From Callorhinchus milii (Eukaryota): a stretch of 64,000 nucleotides of DNA. The DNA is taken from NCBI RefSeq assembly GCF_018977255.1, contig NW_024704743.1, positions 7,132,001-7,196,000 of the forward strand. Direction: 5' to 3'. Below, one piece after another: positions 22,975 through 36,249 of this stretch. The notes beneath the pieces are model-generated. The model searched no databases, was not told the DNA's origin, and worked only from the letters and a program-made list of their open reading frames with translations. Every line of letters starts with the position of its first letter. The first letter of the stretch is position 1. A program made the position numbers and the translations under genes.

Positions 22975-24385
22975 ACTCCTATCCTTAAAAAAACGTCTCT
23001 GAACCCATCCCTGCTCTCAAACTACCACCCCATCTCCAACCTCCCTTCCCTTTCCAATGTTCTGGAACAGGTCATTGCTTCCCAGCTTCAATACTTCCTC
23101 TCCCAGCACTCCCTTTACTAACCCCTCCAATCAGATTTCCGTGCCACCCACAGCCAGAAACAGCTTTGGTCAAAGTGACAAATGACATTTTGTCCATCTG
23201 TGACCAGGGCTCCCTCTGCCTTCTCATCCTTCTTGACCTCTCTGCTGCCTTTGATGTCCTTGACCACTCTATCCTCATCCACCCCTCTCCTTTCATCTCA
23301 ACCTTCATGGTTCTGTCCTTGAATGGTTCAGATCCTACCTCTTACACTATCTCCACTTCATCTCCACAAACTGTTTCTCCTCTAGCCCTCGCACCGTCTC
23401 CTGTGGCATTTCTCGGGGCTCTGTCCTTGGTCCCCTCCTCTTCAATATCTATATGCTTCCTCTTGGTGACATCAACCGCAGACATGGGGTCAATTTCCAT
23501 ATGTAGGCAACTCTACCTCTCTGCCTCCACCCTCGACTCCACGGTCAAGTCCTGGATGAGAGCTAACTTTCTACAGTTGAACGTCAACAAGCCCGAGGCT
23601 CTCCTGATTGACTCCCATCAGCGCCTCCTCACCTCAGGATCTGACAGCATCACCATCCATGGGTGCACACTCCACCTCACTGAGCCAGTCCGGAACCTTG
23701 GGGTCTTTCCTTTCTAGTCCATATCTGTGCCATGACCCGCTCTGCCTTCCCCCATCTCCGCAACATCGCCCGGCTCTGACACTGTCTCACACCACATGTC
23801 GCCAAAACCCTCAAACACACATTCATAACATCCAGGCTCGACTATTTAAACTTCTTGCTTGTTGGCCTCCCCAACTCCTCCCTCCATTGGCTACAGATCA
23901 TCCACAACTCTGCAGCCCGTGTCCTCTCCCACACCTATCTCCATGACCCCATCCTCGCCCGACTCCACTGGCTTCCCATCACACAGAGGATGTGGTTCAA
24001 GATCCTGGTCTTCACCTTCAATGCCCTCCGTGGCCTTCCTGCATCCCCCTACCTCTGCGACCTCCTAACCCCCTACCAACCTGCCCATTCCCTCCGTTCA
24101 GCGGACTCCAGCCTGCTTCACCTCGCTCGCACCCCCAATGGCAGGCAGGCCTTCAGCCACTCTGCCCCCATCCTCTGGAACTCTATTCCGCAGTCCCTCC
24201 GCTTCGCCCCCTCCTTTGCCTCCTTCAAGACCATTCTCAAGACCCTCCTCTTCGACAATGCCTTCGATCACCCTGCTATCCCCCCTGCCCTCCACCCTCA
24301 CCAATCCCACCCTCCACACTGATTGTGCAGCGCCTTGGGACGTCCTCCCGATGTGAAAGGTGTGAGACAGATGTAATTTGGTTTG
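22975..24385 (+). mobile_element. L2 LINE RT region plus 3' end, frameshifted
   Basis: PILKK..NYHPISNLP, VKVTNDIL..LLDLSAAFD, WMRANFLQLN, LHWLPI..FKIL, L2 tail. Confidence 0.95.
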
Positions 24386-25314
24386 TTTGTTCATGTAGAG
24401 TAGTCTTGCAGCGTTTTACAGTGATGCAGTGATGGGGACAAATAGTGAGAAGAGGGCACGGGGGGAGCAGTGTGGGAGGTGATCATAGGCGGTCCAAGAT
24501 GATCTTAGGACAAACACCAGGAAGTATTTATTTTCCAGAGGCTAATTAATGACCAGAGTAGGTTATCAGGAAGGTTGAGGCCAGAACATTGAAACATGTT
24601 TAAGAAACAGCTCAATGCTGGATACAGTCAGCAGTCTGTACTTGGGTGGTGTGGGTGGGAGCTGGCAGAGCTTTTATGTCTGCAAAGCAAGGACGCTTGT
24701 GATTCCTACAAATTAGCGCATAGAATTATCTTCAAGACAGTGGGCTTGTCTTGTTAGCACCGTACTTTCCTTCAAGGTCACGGTAACACTTTGAAATACA
24801 GAGCAGTTGATGCTTGACACAAAGCTGTGTGTGTATTCTCATTTTTACTATCAACAGTGCAAATTTGTAGGTGCAAATATAAACAGCGCATTGGCGGAGC
24901 CTGGGTTTATTTACTTACTGCTCAGACACATTATTTACACTACTTGTGTAAGCACTGCTGTATCCCATGGAGTCTCCGCATTATGTTTAGGGATACGGAG
25001 AGTGTGGTATTTACAGCTTCTCAAACACAGCAGCTGAAAAGTCTTGTGTTATCTCTTATCTCTTTTTCATTCTTGATTGGTATGTTGTGGGTGTGTGTGG
25101 GGGGGGCTGCGGGGGGGCGGCGTGGAAAGCTTTTTCTCCCATTGCTTTCCTTACATTATTCCTATTGCCCGCATCAGGAAGCTAGCTCTTGGATTTCAGC
25201 CAATGTTTCTGCGACGTGCCCTTGAATGATCTGCAAAGCCTTTTAAAGAATATAGGAATATAGGAATGTACAGGATTGGAAAAACACATAATGGTCCATT
25301 TATTCTGCCGGCCT

Positions 25315-26935
25315 GACTCAGCTGGTAGCACTATTATCAGAAGATTGTGAGTTCAAGCTGCACATCCTAAAAATAGGACTTTTAGCTCACAGTCCCAGCT
25401 GGCTCTCCAGTGCTGTGCTGGGGGAGGTGTTACATTGTTAGAGGAAACATCTTTCAGATAAGACATTAAACCAAGGTCACATCTACCTATTAAAGATTCC
25501 ATGGTACTATTTGAAAAGAGAACAATGTTTCTCCCAGTGTCCTGGCCAACAATCACCCAAGTAAAATTACTCACTCAATCCACCATGACTGATTCTCAAA
25601 CTGCCACCCTATCTCCAACTTCCTTTCCTCCCCAAGGTCCTGGAACGAGTTGTTGCTTCCTAGCTTCGCTCCTTGCTCTCCCATTACTCCCTTCAGGAAC
25701 CCCTCCAATCGGGTTTCCGTGATGCCCACAGCACCGTCTCATGCGGCATTCCTCAAGGCTCTGTCCTTGGTCCCCTGCTCTTTAATATCTATATGCTCCC
25801 TCTTGGTGACATCATCTGCAGACATGGGGTCAACTTCTACATGTATGCGGATGACACCCAACTCTATCTCTCTGCCTCCACCCTCAACTCCAGGACCACT
25901 GCTGTCCTGATAGAATGTCTGTCAGACATCAAGTCCTGGTTGAGAGCTAACATTTTTCAGCTGAACCTAAACAAGACCGAATCTCTCCTGATTGGCTCCC
26001 GTCAGCGCCTCCGCACCTCAGGAGCTGACAGCATCACCATCCCTGGTTGCACACTCCACCTTGCTAAGCCAGTCTGGAACCTTGGGGTCTTGTTTGACCC
26101 TCAACTATCCTTTCTACCCCACATCTGTGCCATGACCCGCTCTGCCTTCCCCCACCTCCACAACATCGCCCGCCTCCGACACTGTCTCACACCGCAGGCC
26201 GCTGAAACCCTCATTTTCACTACATCGAGGCTTGACTATGCAAACTCCCTGCTTGTCAGCCTCCCCAACTCCTCCCTCCATAGGCTGCAGATCATCCAGA
26301 ACTCTGCAGGCCATGTCCTCTCTCGCACCAGGCTCCGTGACACTATCACCCCCATTCTTGCCCGACTCCACTGGCTTCCCATCACACAGAAGATACAATT
26401 CAAGATCCTGGCTCTCACATTCAAAGCCCTCCGTGGTCTTGTTCCTGTACACCTCTGCGACCATCCAGCTCGCTCCCTCCACTCAGCAGGTTCCGGCCTG
26501 CTTCACGTCCCCCACTTCGCTCGCCCCACTATTGGCGGGTGGACCTTCTGCCACTCTGCCCTCACCCTCTGGAACTCCATCCCACAGTCCCTCAGCCTCG
26601 CCCCCTCTCTTGTCTCCTTCAAGACCCATCTTAAGACCATCCTTTTCGATCACGGATTTGATCACCCTCCTTCCCCCCCTGCCCTCCACCCTCTCTGATC
26701 CCAACCCCCAGCTCGGGACCGAAACTCTGACTGTCCAGCGCCTTGGGACATCCTCCCGACATGAAAGGCACTATACACATGTTATGTTGCTGTCGTTGTT
26801 GTGGGGCATTGCTGTGTGCATATTGGTTGCCGGGTTCACTTACAAAATAAACAAGTCACTGCATTTTATAATGAATCCTATTTGAGATGTGCTCCAGACA
26901 TGATAGGCGCTATATCAAATGTAATAATTATTATT
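25315..26935 (+). mobile_element. DeuSINE-like SINE split by L2 insertion
   Basis: Head and Deu core 25315-25590; body and tail resume ~26800 (tggggcattgctgtgtgc). Confidence 0.8.
25592..26800 (+). mobile_element. L2 LINE RT fragment with YADD motif and internal deletion
   Basis: ORF 25673-26698: [49 protein letters not shown]. Confidence 0.95.
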
Positions 26936-27391
26936 TTCTGACTGATCTCAAAGTTTATATAATACAATAATATTATGTAATATCATGCAGACCTGAGGTG
27001 AAAAATGCCACATTCAGTATGTTAAGATTCAGTATTACATTTTTATAGCACTTTTCATGTCGGGAGGATGTCCTAACACTACTGTTTGGAGGCGGGAGCC
27101 ACAAGTGAGAACTTTAGAAGGTTCAAGCTCATGGAATTAATTGATGACTAGTTTGATTAATAAGTGGTTCAAAAACAGGAAGCGTAAGTTTCATGATAGA
27201 TAGACAACACTCAGTCTGGGGCAGTAACTTGTGAAGTTCAGCAGGTGTTGGATCCCTGTTGTTCACACTATTAATAAATAACTTCTGCGTAATTATCTTG
27301 CTAATGTTATTGCTGTAAATATCGAGTATAAATTAATGATTAAATTAATTAAGAAAAAAATTAAAAGAAGTGAAAAATCGATTGTAATGTA

Positions 27392-27625
27392 AACAACAAC
27401 AACAACAAGATTCCATTTATTGAGCGCCTTTCACGTCGGGAGGACGTCCCAAGGCGCTGTACAGTTGGGTCAGGACCCGAGCAGGGGGGAAATGGTCAGG
27501 GTGAGGGGAGGGAAGGGAGGGAGCGAGGAGGGGGTAGAGAGTCAACAACAACAACAACAAGATTCCATTTATAAAGCGCCTTTCGAGAGGGGAGCTGAAG
27601 GCTCGGTCAAAGAGAATAGAGTAAA
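27392..27625 (-). mobile_element. Young L2 3' end with a second ~40-bp tail nested inside
   Basis: Near-identical to the reverse complement of 18165-18374; second (CAA)n gattccatttataaagcgcctttc at ~27543-27584. Confidence 0.9.
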
Positions 27626-27774
27626 GTGATGTGTATTGGAATAATGAACTAATAAAGAACATTTGTTTTGAAACTAAGGGTGTTCATGTTGGAGAAGGAA
27701 AATGATTTAGGAGTAATTAATCATTTTGATTGTTGTTTACCAGGATTCTGGCTACTCTGACTTTTTAATAATAA

Positions 27775-28035
27775 AAACAGTAATCCTTACGTTTGATATA
27801 GCACCTTTCAGGTCATAAGGAAGTCTCAAAGTTCTTCACAGGCTTTACTGTAAAGCCTGATTGTATTTGTAAGACAATAGGATAGTCAGTTGTGCACAGC
27901 AATGTCCCACAAATGGCTATGAAATGAATGACTAATTTTATCTGAGGGATTGTTGGCCTCGACACAAGGAGAAACTCCCTTCTCTTTTTGGATGGTGCCA
28001 TGCGATCTTTAATATCCAGGCAGATAGGAACTCAC
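27775..28035 (-). mobile_element. DeuSINE-like SINE
   Basis: gcacagcaatgtcccacaaa..gtgccatgcgatctttaa. Confidence 0.8.
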
Positions 28036-28174
28036 TGCAGAACAGTTGTCAAAAGCCCAAATGTCTAGCCAAAAGTTCAGTGCTATGTTTCACTGACCTC
28101 ATCATTATGAATGTCAACAGGGTCTGCCTGTTCAAATTGATCTCACTGTATTTCTCAGAAAATGTATGCTCCTG

Positions 28175-28410
28175 CTCTCGGAACTCCATCCCAGAGTCTC
28201 TCTGACTTAAACCCTCTCTCCCTACCTTCAAAGTCCGCTTTGACCTTTCTCTTCAACCATGTTTTCAGCCACCTTTATTGTTCCCTCCACAGTTCCCCCC
28301 CAGCCCCCCCACCCCCACTCCACTCCCACCTTGGACACCCAGTCAATTCTATGAAATGGTTTCAGATGTCTTCCCATAGGGAAAGGCATTACATGAATTT
28401 AAATCCTTGT
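28175..28410 (+). mobile_element. Old L2 3' end
   Basis: ggaactccatccc..ccttcaaagtcc..ctcttcaaccatg..gaaaggcatta. Confidence 0.65.
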
Positions 28411-29399
28411 TTCTCCACAATATAAAATGTGCATGACTGGCTATGATCCTTCTCAGACCTCAGGGATTTCTCCTCCCAGCTCCCTTCCCTTAAAGAGGTA
28501 ATCTGTAGATAGATTTCAGGGGGTACTTTGGGCCACCTCTAGCCCTAGTCACCCGCCATCTATGTTTTGCAGTATTTCAAATTAAGACTCAATTGAATAA
28601 TTTTCAATAATTCTGCGCAATCTTAAATTTTAAGGGCCAACGATCATATAGGCTATAATCAGGTGTAATTTGGGCCCTCAGGATCCTGAGTTCTTACTTA
28701 CCCCTTTAAACCTCCTCATATCTAATGGTTTGATCTCAGTGAGTTTGTTTTTCCTGTACATGCCCTTAATATAACATTACATTTGCTCATTTGTATTCCC
28801 TTGTACAGAATCTAATTCAGCAGGAACTAGCAATCGGAGATGAAGAGTGGCTCACTTCTTTCACCAGCGGACTTTATTAAAAATATTTTCTTTATTATTT
28901 TTGGAAGAGTTATTGAACAACAAAGATATTAATAAAGTAATATGTCTCTGAAGCAAATGGGCCATTTGGCTGAGCTTGTGACACCAAAAGACATATACTT
29001 CAGTCTCTGATTTCAATAGCAGTTTTACGGCACCACTGCGTGCTTCAGGACAAATGACATATGTTTTACAATATCAACCGTAAAAAAAAATCACAACCGA
29101 CTATAAACTAGAAAGTGCATTATTTTAATATGGTTTTTAATCAGGCAAAAATAGACAAAGCCCCAGTTTTTCTCCTTTAGCACAGCATGTTTATCTTGGC
29201 ATGAGGGAGAGAAGCTGAGCGCTAAAACAGACACTCGTGTTCTTAAACTCACAATAAATATATACCTCAGGGTTCATTATTCCTATTAGATTACAGATTT
29301 TGTTGGGGTTTCCTTACAGTTCTTTCTTGGCTAAAATTCAAAATTTCAAGTTGCACATTAAATTGTTTGGTCCAGAACAGCTCTCAAATTATTATTCGT

Positions 29400-29772
29400 G
29401 TAGCCCTGTAGCATAGAGAACTTGCCTCAAAAGTGAAGGTTCGATTCCCGGGCAGGGTGAAACCTTAGGCAAATTTCCTTAGTCCACACTGCTCTGTGAA
29501 GCTTGCAGTAAGTAGGAATCCAGTTGTTAGTCGATTGGCATATTGCTTTCTGGGGATAATAATCGCTTCTAAAAGTAATAATAATAATTTGGTCCCTCAA
29601 TCCATGACTATTTGTAGGACACTGCTCTGCATAATTGATCGTGTTTTGCCCACAAAATATACTTTACTTTCAATTCACTTTACAGTATATTCCGTGAAGC
29701 ACTTTGAGACGTCTCAATGACTTGTTAAGGTGCTATATCAAATGCAAGGATTATGATTATTATTATTATTAT
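29400..29772 (+). mobile_element. Second tRNA-SINE family copy
   Basis: ggttcgattcccgggcagggtgaaaccttaggcaaatttcc; (ATT)n tail. Confidence 0.85.
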
Positions 29773-30164
29773 TCTGTGCACCGGCTGACCTACAGAACTT
29801 TCAGCCACTCTTCCTTTATTCCTCTTAATATCTCCATTTTGCACTTGCTCTCCCTGTCTTTAAACCTACCACTTTGACTATTACTTTGGTCACCTTCCTT
29901 CCGCCCTGCCCCTACTACCTTTCTCACTGTCCGCCACCATCCATATACAGTGGTGTATGATGTTGGACTATGTTATAAGGCTTTACACAGGTGCAAATTA
30001 TTGTTGTTGAGCTGGTTCTGGCCTAGAGTCCATTGGAAATAATGAGTTTGGAGGAACCTTTTTGTGGGAGCTGAGATACATTTGAGTGAATCCTTTCCTT
30101 AGTCTATACTATGTCTATAGGCCAACCATTGTTTGGACTTAGGGCTGGAAACTGGTGCCTCCTG

Positions 30165-30385
30165 GTCTATTGCCCCTAATCTCTGGAACTCCCTGCCTCA
30201 ATTCCTCCACTTCACCCTTTCTTTATCCATCTTTAAATCCCACTGTTTGATCTAATTCTTTGACCACGTCTATGGTCACCTACCCATCCCTTTTTACCTT
30301 GCTCGACGTCCAAAGCTGCCTCCATACAGCGCTCTGAGACCCTATCCTGCATGAAGGGCATCTTACAAAGGCAAGTTGTTGTTGT
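30165..30385 (+). mobile_element. L2 3' end (older subfamily tail)
   Basis: ctctggaactccctgcc..tttaaatcccac..cagcgctctgagac..gcaagttgttgttg. Confidence 0.7.
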
Positions 30386-30519
30386 GTTTATATGGAGCCT
30401 GCTCCAGGAATAGATCTGAGAAATGCCTGCAGGAATGATCCTGTCACTGGATTATTTGCCGATGACAACTCTTAGTACTACTGGATCATTAATATCTCAA
30501 GAAAACTCCTTTGAGGCCT

Positions 30520-30810
30520 TCTTGGGTAAGTGCTTTGTTTGGAATGTACATTACTGAGCCACAAGCAGACCAGGAAGGTTTCAGGATCCATTCCTGGCCT
30601 ACTGTATGCTTAGGTACGTCAGAATCATCCTCCTGGGAGAGGGTATGTATTCCATTTCAAACACAGGAACTGCCATATGAAGGTGGCATGCATAGAGCTC
30701 AGTTTGGTTTGGATACTCTTAAGCACAGTGATGGATGTGTCAGACACCCAACTGAGCAAAAATATCCATGCCTAGGTAAGTGGGGCAGCCCTGGAGGGTA
30801 CTGATAGACA
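30520..30810 (+). mobile_element. Ancient third SINE family copy
   Basis: actgagcca..cagaccaggaagg head shared with 32492-32520 and 61908-61940. Confidence 0.5.
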
Positions 30811-31314
30811 GCATAACTAGCCGTATTTTGCGTCGCAGAAGATAGAAACCCCATTTTCAGAGGGTGTTGGAGCTGTACTGCTGTTGTAAAACCAGGATCT
30901 ACCGTAATCTACAACAAGTAGAAATAATAAAACCAGCAAATATATCATCAAGCAACAATACAACTTTCATATTTAGCCAGTAGACCTTTGAACCAAATGT
31001 CAATCAAGTCGCGTCTTAGAACATTTGCAAAGCGTAATTTTGTTTTCCTTGGAAATAATTCAAGAAATAGTTTTCAAAGGAAAGGAATATTTAAGTGAAG
31101 CATATTCCTAGCATTTTTTATGCTTTATGCTTTACTTCTCTTCTCCAGAGCTTGTTGTTTTCTGCTTCTGCTCGGGTACACCTCCGTTGCCTGGCTCAGC
31201 ACTCTCAACTGTGTGACAATCATCCCAGGCAGATAATTCCGACATACCTAAACATAGAGTGGACTAGGAATGGATCCTGAAACCTTCCTGGTTTGCTTGT
31301 ACAATACAGTCTCA

Positions 31315-31737
31315 TCGCAGTGCTGGACATGTGTTGCATTCTTGTGGCCGTCCTTTGGATGAGACGTTAAGACATTAAATCTGGATGTTAAAGATCTCAT
31401 GGCACTATTCAAAAAAAAAGGATTTCTCTCCAGTGTCCTGGACAACAATCCTCACAGATTAAAAAATCGGTCATTCGTTTCATGTTTGTTTGTGGGATAC
31501 AATACAAAATTACATTTGTATCATGCCTTTTACTTCGGGAGGATGTCCCAAGGCGATGATATTACTGTGTGAAAATTGGCTGCCACGTTCACCTACAAAA
31601 TATAGTCAGCACACTTTACAGTCACTATACTTTACAGTAAAACCTGGGAAGTGCTTTGAGACATCTCAACTATGTGATAAATCGCTATATCAAATGCAAG
31701 GATTATTACTATCATTATATTATTTTTATTATTATTA
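31315..31737 (+). mobile_element. DeuSINE-like SINE with nested short L2 tail (~31500-31555, - strand)
   Basis: aaagatctcatggcactattc..gtgtcctggacaac; (ATT)n tail. Confidence 0.8.
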
Positions 31738-32546
31738 GAGGTAGCATAACCACCAACAGTGCACCTGAGATGAGCTGACTCAGAGATTAAAACAAGCTCT
31801 GAATCTTCAAGATGACTTGGATGAAGAGGCCCTTAAGTCCAGTCTTACCTCATTCTTTCAGCATATTCCTAGCATTTTTTATGCTAGCTTTACTTCTCTT
31901 CTCCAGACCTTGTTATTTTCTGCTTCTGCTCGGGTACACTACCATTGCCTCCCAATGTCAACAACCATTTGATGTTGTTTGTTAGAACTCCGTATCTTCC
32001 ACTCTTCTACACATGCAGTCAACTACACACAGTGTAGCTACATTAATTAATGAATCGTAACATCCAGGCAATCCTTAGAAAAACACAAGCACTTAACTTG
32101 CCTCCTGTCTGAAAACTTTGTGGTGGTTAAGCAGAGGCGTGAAAAGGAGAACGAAAATTAGGAATGTGCCCAGCAGGGGCCAGCTGATGTTGTCAACAAT
32201 GCTGTGGAACTAATAGCACAGTTTGTACTTCTTCCCCTGAAAATTGGCACAAGAACAGAGAAATGTCAGGCCTTAGGTGCCTTAATGTATTGCCATTAGT
32301 AAGCTATGAGGCCATGTATCAGAATACTGGTGTTCACAGCAGGGCAGAAAATACATTTATATCCACAGAACTGCTTGAAGTGTTTTAATGCCCAATATTC
32401 TGAAAATTGTATCCTTACGTCTTCAGAAGACGAATTTTAATAGTCTCTCTTTGAGTTATAGATTCCTATCCCCGCTGTGTAGCTGGGATATACAGACTAG
32501 GATGGTGCCAGGTTTGATTGAACTCTTATCTGTATTGTTTTAAGCG

Positions 32547-32900
32547 ATAATAATAATCGTTGCATTAGATATAACGCCTTTATTTCAAGAGAATGTCCCA
32601 AAGAGCTTCTCAGGATTTGTTGTAGATAATATCATGATTGGGTAAGCGAATTTGGCTGTCCATTTATGCACAACAATGTCCCACAAGCAAGTGAAGTAAA
32701 TGACCAATTTCATCTGGGAGATCATTACACCAGGAGAAACTCACTTCTCCTTTTCTGCTATAACATGGGACATTTAATGTCCACTTGAGCAGGCAGGTCT
32801 AACATCTCATCTGAAGGGTGGCACCTCTGAAATGTAGCAGACCCCTACCACTGCATTGTGTCAGCCTAGATTACATGAGTTTAGTATGTGAACTCACAAC
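32547..32900 (-). mobile_element. DeuSINE-like SINE
   Basis: caatgtcccacaa, tgaccaattt, acatctcatctgaagggtggcacctc, gtcagcctagatta. Confidence 0.75.
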
Positions 32901-34606
32901 AATCAATGGTCTCATTCTGAGCAGCAAGTAGGGCCACTACAGTTGGCCTCATTGCCTTTGTGATTACAGGGGCTATAGTTGTGCTGGATACCCACTCGTC
33001 GGGTGATGCCAGGATCGGATGTGGCTGTGATGGATCCAACAGTCAATTAGTCAAGACTCAATACAATCTCATTTGCATTATTCACAAATAGGATACAAAA
33101 CGTTAATTGTGACGTGGTTTAGGTCTCTGACCTATGAACCGTGAAACAAGTTTGCCTCTCAGTGACTTTAGTCCCTCCGGACTATTTTCGCCCTTTTCCA
33201 ATTTTCAGATTCGCAATCCGCCAATTTGTTAATATTGTAACAGCTTTCGATATCCTCGCACAGATGTAGCAAAGAAAACCCTTCGATGTCTGCTGCCTCG
33301 GCTGGTGATGCATTCAGTCACTGAGCTATTAGAGGAGCACGACATGGGCTTTGTATATTTTAGATTTTATGTCTAAATTGCAGTCCCAAACTACCACACT
33401 CTGAAACACCATTGGCCCAGCTAAAACATTTATTGTTTGTGCGCATTTCTTTAATAAGGAACCTCTCTATTCAATATCCTCTCTATTACATACATTCCAC
33501 TATTAGCTGTTTTTACAAAGAGACCATTCCTTTTCCTGATTTTGTAGTCCTTTATTCTGTAGGAAGGAACATGTGCTTAGGCCCCTGAGAGACAAAGCAA
33601 AGCACGTTTGTTTCAGAGTCCAATAAACAGAGTTTATTTGGTGGACGATATTGACAAATGTGCAAACTAATAGGTGATCTTTTCTAAAGAAGGCAGGTGA
33701 ATATCATTGAATTGTTGTGACACATGTCAAAATACAGAATTACTTATCTTTCACAATTATTGTGCCAACAAATGACTGACAGACAGGATTAAACATTTCA
33801 GCAATAGCAGAACCAAAGTCAATATTCAGAGCTAATGTTTTGCATCTTTTCTCTGGCAAATGTCCGGTTGTTTTTCCACAATTAGGAAAATAACCTGTTT
33901 CTCATTTATTCAGACACAGATGCCAATGTGCATTTACTGCTTATTGCAGTTTACTGTCAGCTACTAGAAAGTACTTTTAACAAACAAACGCTACAGATTT
34001 TGTGAATCTGGGCCAAGGAGCTAAATATTGCCAAACCACTACAGAAGAACAGAAGAGAAAGGCTATTAGACTCAAAGAGCAAGTGCCCCTTTGATTCTTA
34101 ACCTACTTACCCACCTTCTCATCATATCCTTCAATTCCTTCTCTCACCAGAAACACATCCAGTTGCCTTTGAACACATTGATTCCATTTCCTTCAAAGGC
34201 TTCCCCTGGTAACTTATTCCACAAGTCTAACTCTTAAAGTTCCAGGGCCCAAAGTTCATTAAAGAACACAAGAGAAAATAACGTTTAATGAGACTTTTTG
34301 CACCAAATTCAAACAAAATAACATCAGTAGCCAAAATTCCTTAAATGCTGCTTGTGGGAGATGCGATTTATGCTGCCTTTTATAGTCAATGACAATGCAC
34401 CTGCAATAACAAGCGCTGACTCCGTTAAAAGAGCTCATGATGTAATTGAGTGGTATAAAAAATGGAACAGTCCAGAACTACAGCTGTACAGTTACAGAAT
34501 TCAAAGTGGAAACTGCTAAAGAGCAAATTTGGAAATTCTGACTTCTAGAGAAGGCCAAGCTGAACCTGTTGAACACAGTAATGGAGCATTGCCTCCATGC
34601 TTTTTT

Positions 34607-34917
34607 GGTGTGGGTTAAGGTTGTGGGTTGGGGGGTGTGGGTTGGGGGGGTGGGTTGTGAGGGGGAGGGTTGGGGCTGTGGATTGAGGGTGTGGGATGGG
34701 TGTTTGGGTTGTGGGGTGGGTTTAGGGGTGTGGGTTGGGGGGTGTGGGTTGAAGGGTGGGTTGGGTGTTTGGGTTACGGGGTGGGTTGAGGGGTGTAGGT
34801 TGAGGGGTGGGTTGGGGAGGTATGGGTTGGGGTGTGTGGGTTGGGGGTGTGGGTTTAGGGGTGTGGGTCGGAGAGTGTGGGTTGGGGTTTGGTTGAGGGG
34901 TGTAGGTTGGGGTTGGA
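34607..34917. repeat. G-rich degenerate minisatellite (~14-nt unit GGGTTGRGGGGTGT)
   Basis: Direct inspection; generates the spurious Pro/Thr-rich and Gly/Val/Trp-rich ORFs. Confidence 0.9.
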
Positions 34918-34919
34918 TT

Positions 34920-35375
34920 AATGATAATCCTCGCATTCGATAAAATGCCTTTCACATCAAAATATGCCCTTTGCCTGAAGGGCCCTATATATAAGTGCAA
35001 GTTGTTGTTGATATGGTTGAAATATCTGAAAGAGAATGCTTTCAAGTGTAGTGACTGTGTATTTGTAGGCAAAACAAAGCAGCTGATTTTCCTACAGAAC
35101 TGAATGACTAATATTTCTAGAGAACCCCTCAGGGTACTGAGTGAAATTCCTAGCTCTTTTCAAAAAGTCTCATGAGATAACTAACATGCACCTAAACAGG
35201 CAGCCAGGAACTTGGTTGAATGTCTCATCCCAAGGAGCAACCATGTAGCACCATCGAGTATTGCACTAAAGAGCCAACTTTGGCTGTGAATTTAAAGTCT
35301 CAGTGAGGGATTTGAACCTACAAAGTTCTGATTAAGAGGTGAGAATTCCACTAATTGAGCCAAGCTGACAACTGC
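34920..35375 (-). mobile_element. DeuSINE-like SINE, near full length
   Basis: Tail ataatcctcgcattcgata; head antisense tttgaacctaca..ctaattgagcca. Confidence 0.7.
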
Positions 35376-36249
35376 AAAGCAGGCAGCTTCTGAGCTATAG
35401 GTTTTAGAATTACACCAAGGGGGTGCCTTTAACCACCCGCTACACAGAGGTCCATCCTATTCCTTTGTGTTTAAAGAGGGGATGACTACAGAGAGAAGAA
35501 GAGCCAAACTTTTATTAGGAGGGGTATCCTGTGCTGCTCTCATACATGCAAACCCTTCATCCCATCGTTGTATTGCAAAGTTTCATGCAAATACTGTAAT
35601 GCGTTTTAAGATTTATGATTCGATTGAAATACATTGATAAATAAATGGACACAGTGATCAGGAAGATATTAATATAATAGTAATCATTGCATTTGATATA
35701 GCGCCTTATCACGTCATTGAGGCACAGAATATACTGTAAAGTGAATTTGACTGTATATTTTGTGGGTGAAATTCGGCAATCAATTCCGTACAGCAGTGTC
35801 CCACAAACAGGGGTGGATCGAGTGAGCAAATTATCTTTGTTTTTCAAGACTCTTTAATGCTGATTCATGCATATATTATAGACATGTACATATAATAAAC
35901 ACAAGTATACCCAAGATGCCCTGTTCAAATAATTTAAGCACAAAAAAGTCACAACAGTTATGTTTTTTTATCATTGTCCATTTCAAATAATGTTCCTGTT
36001 TTTTCCCCTCACTTTTCATACAAATTTAAGAAAAAAGAAGTTTAAGCAAAAGACAGAGCTCTAATCTTGATTGTTTTTTTCCACTGTGCTTTTTGCAATG
36101 GGAAATTTCATTATTTCAAGACCGGGGATTATTATCACTATTTCAAGATTGCTATTTTTAATGGTAAAGAAATTACACAATTTCACAAGAAAGTACTGTC
36201 GAGTTAGGATTACCTAACGGGGCTTTTGTTTGTAAAATTGAACACAATA

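Noticed and set aside
34478..35072. Pro/Thr-rich and Gly/Val/Trp-rich ORFs resembling extensin or mucin
   Set aside because: By-products of the G-rich minisatellite
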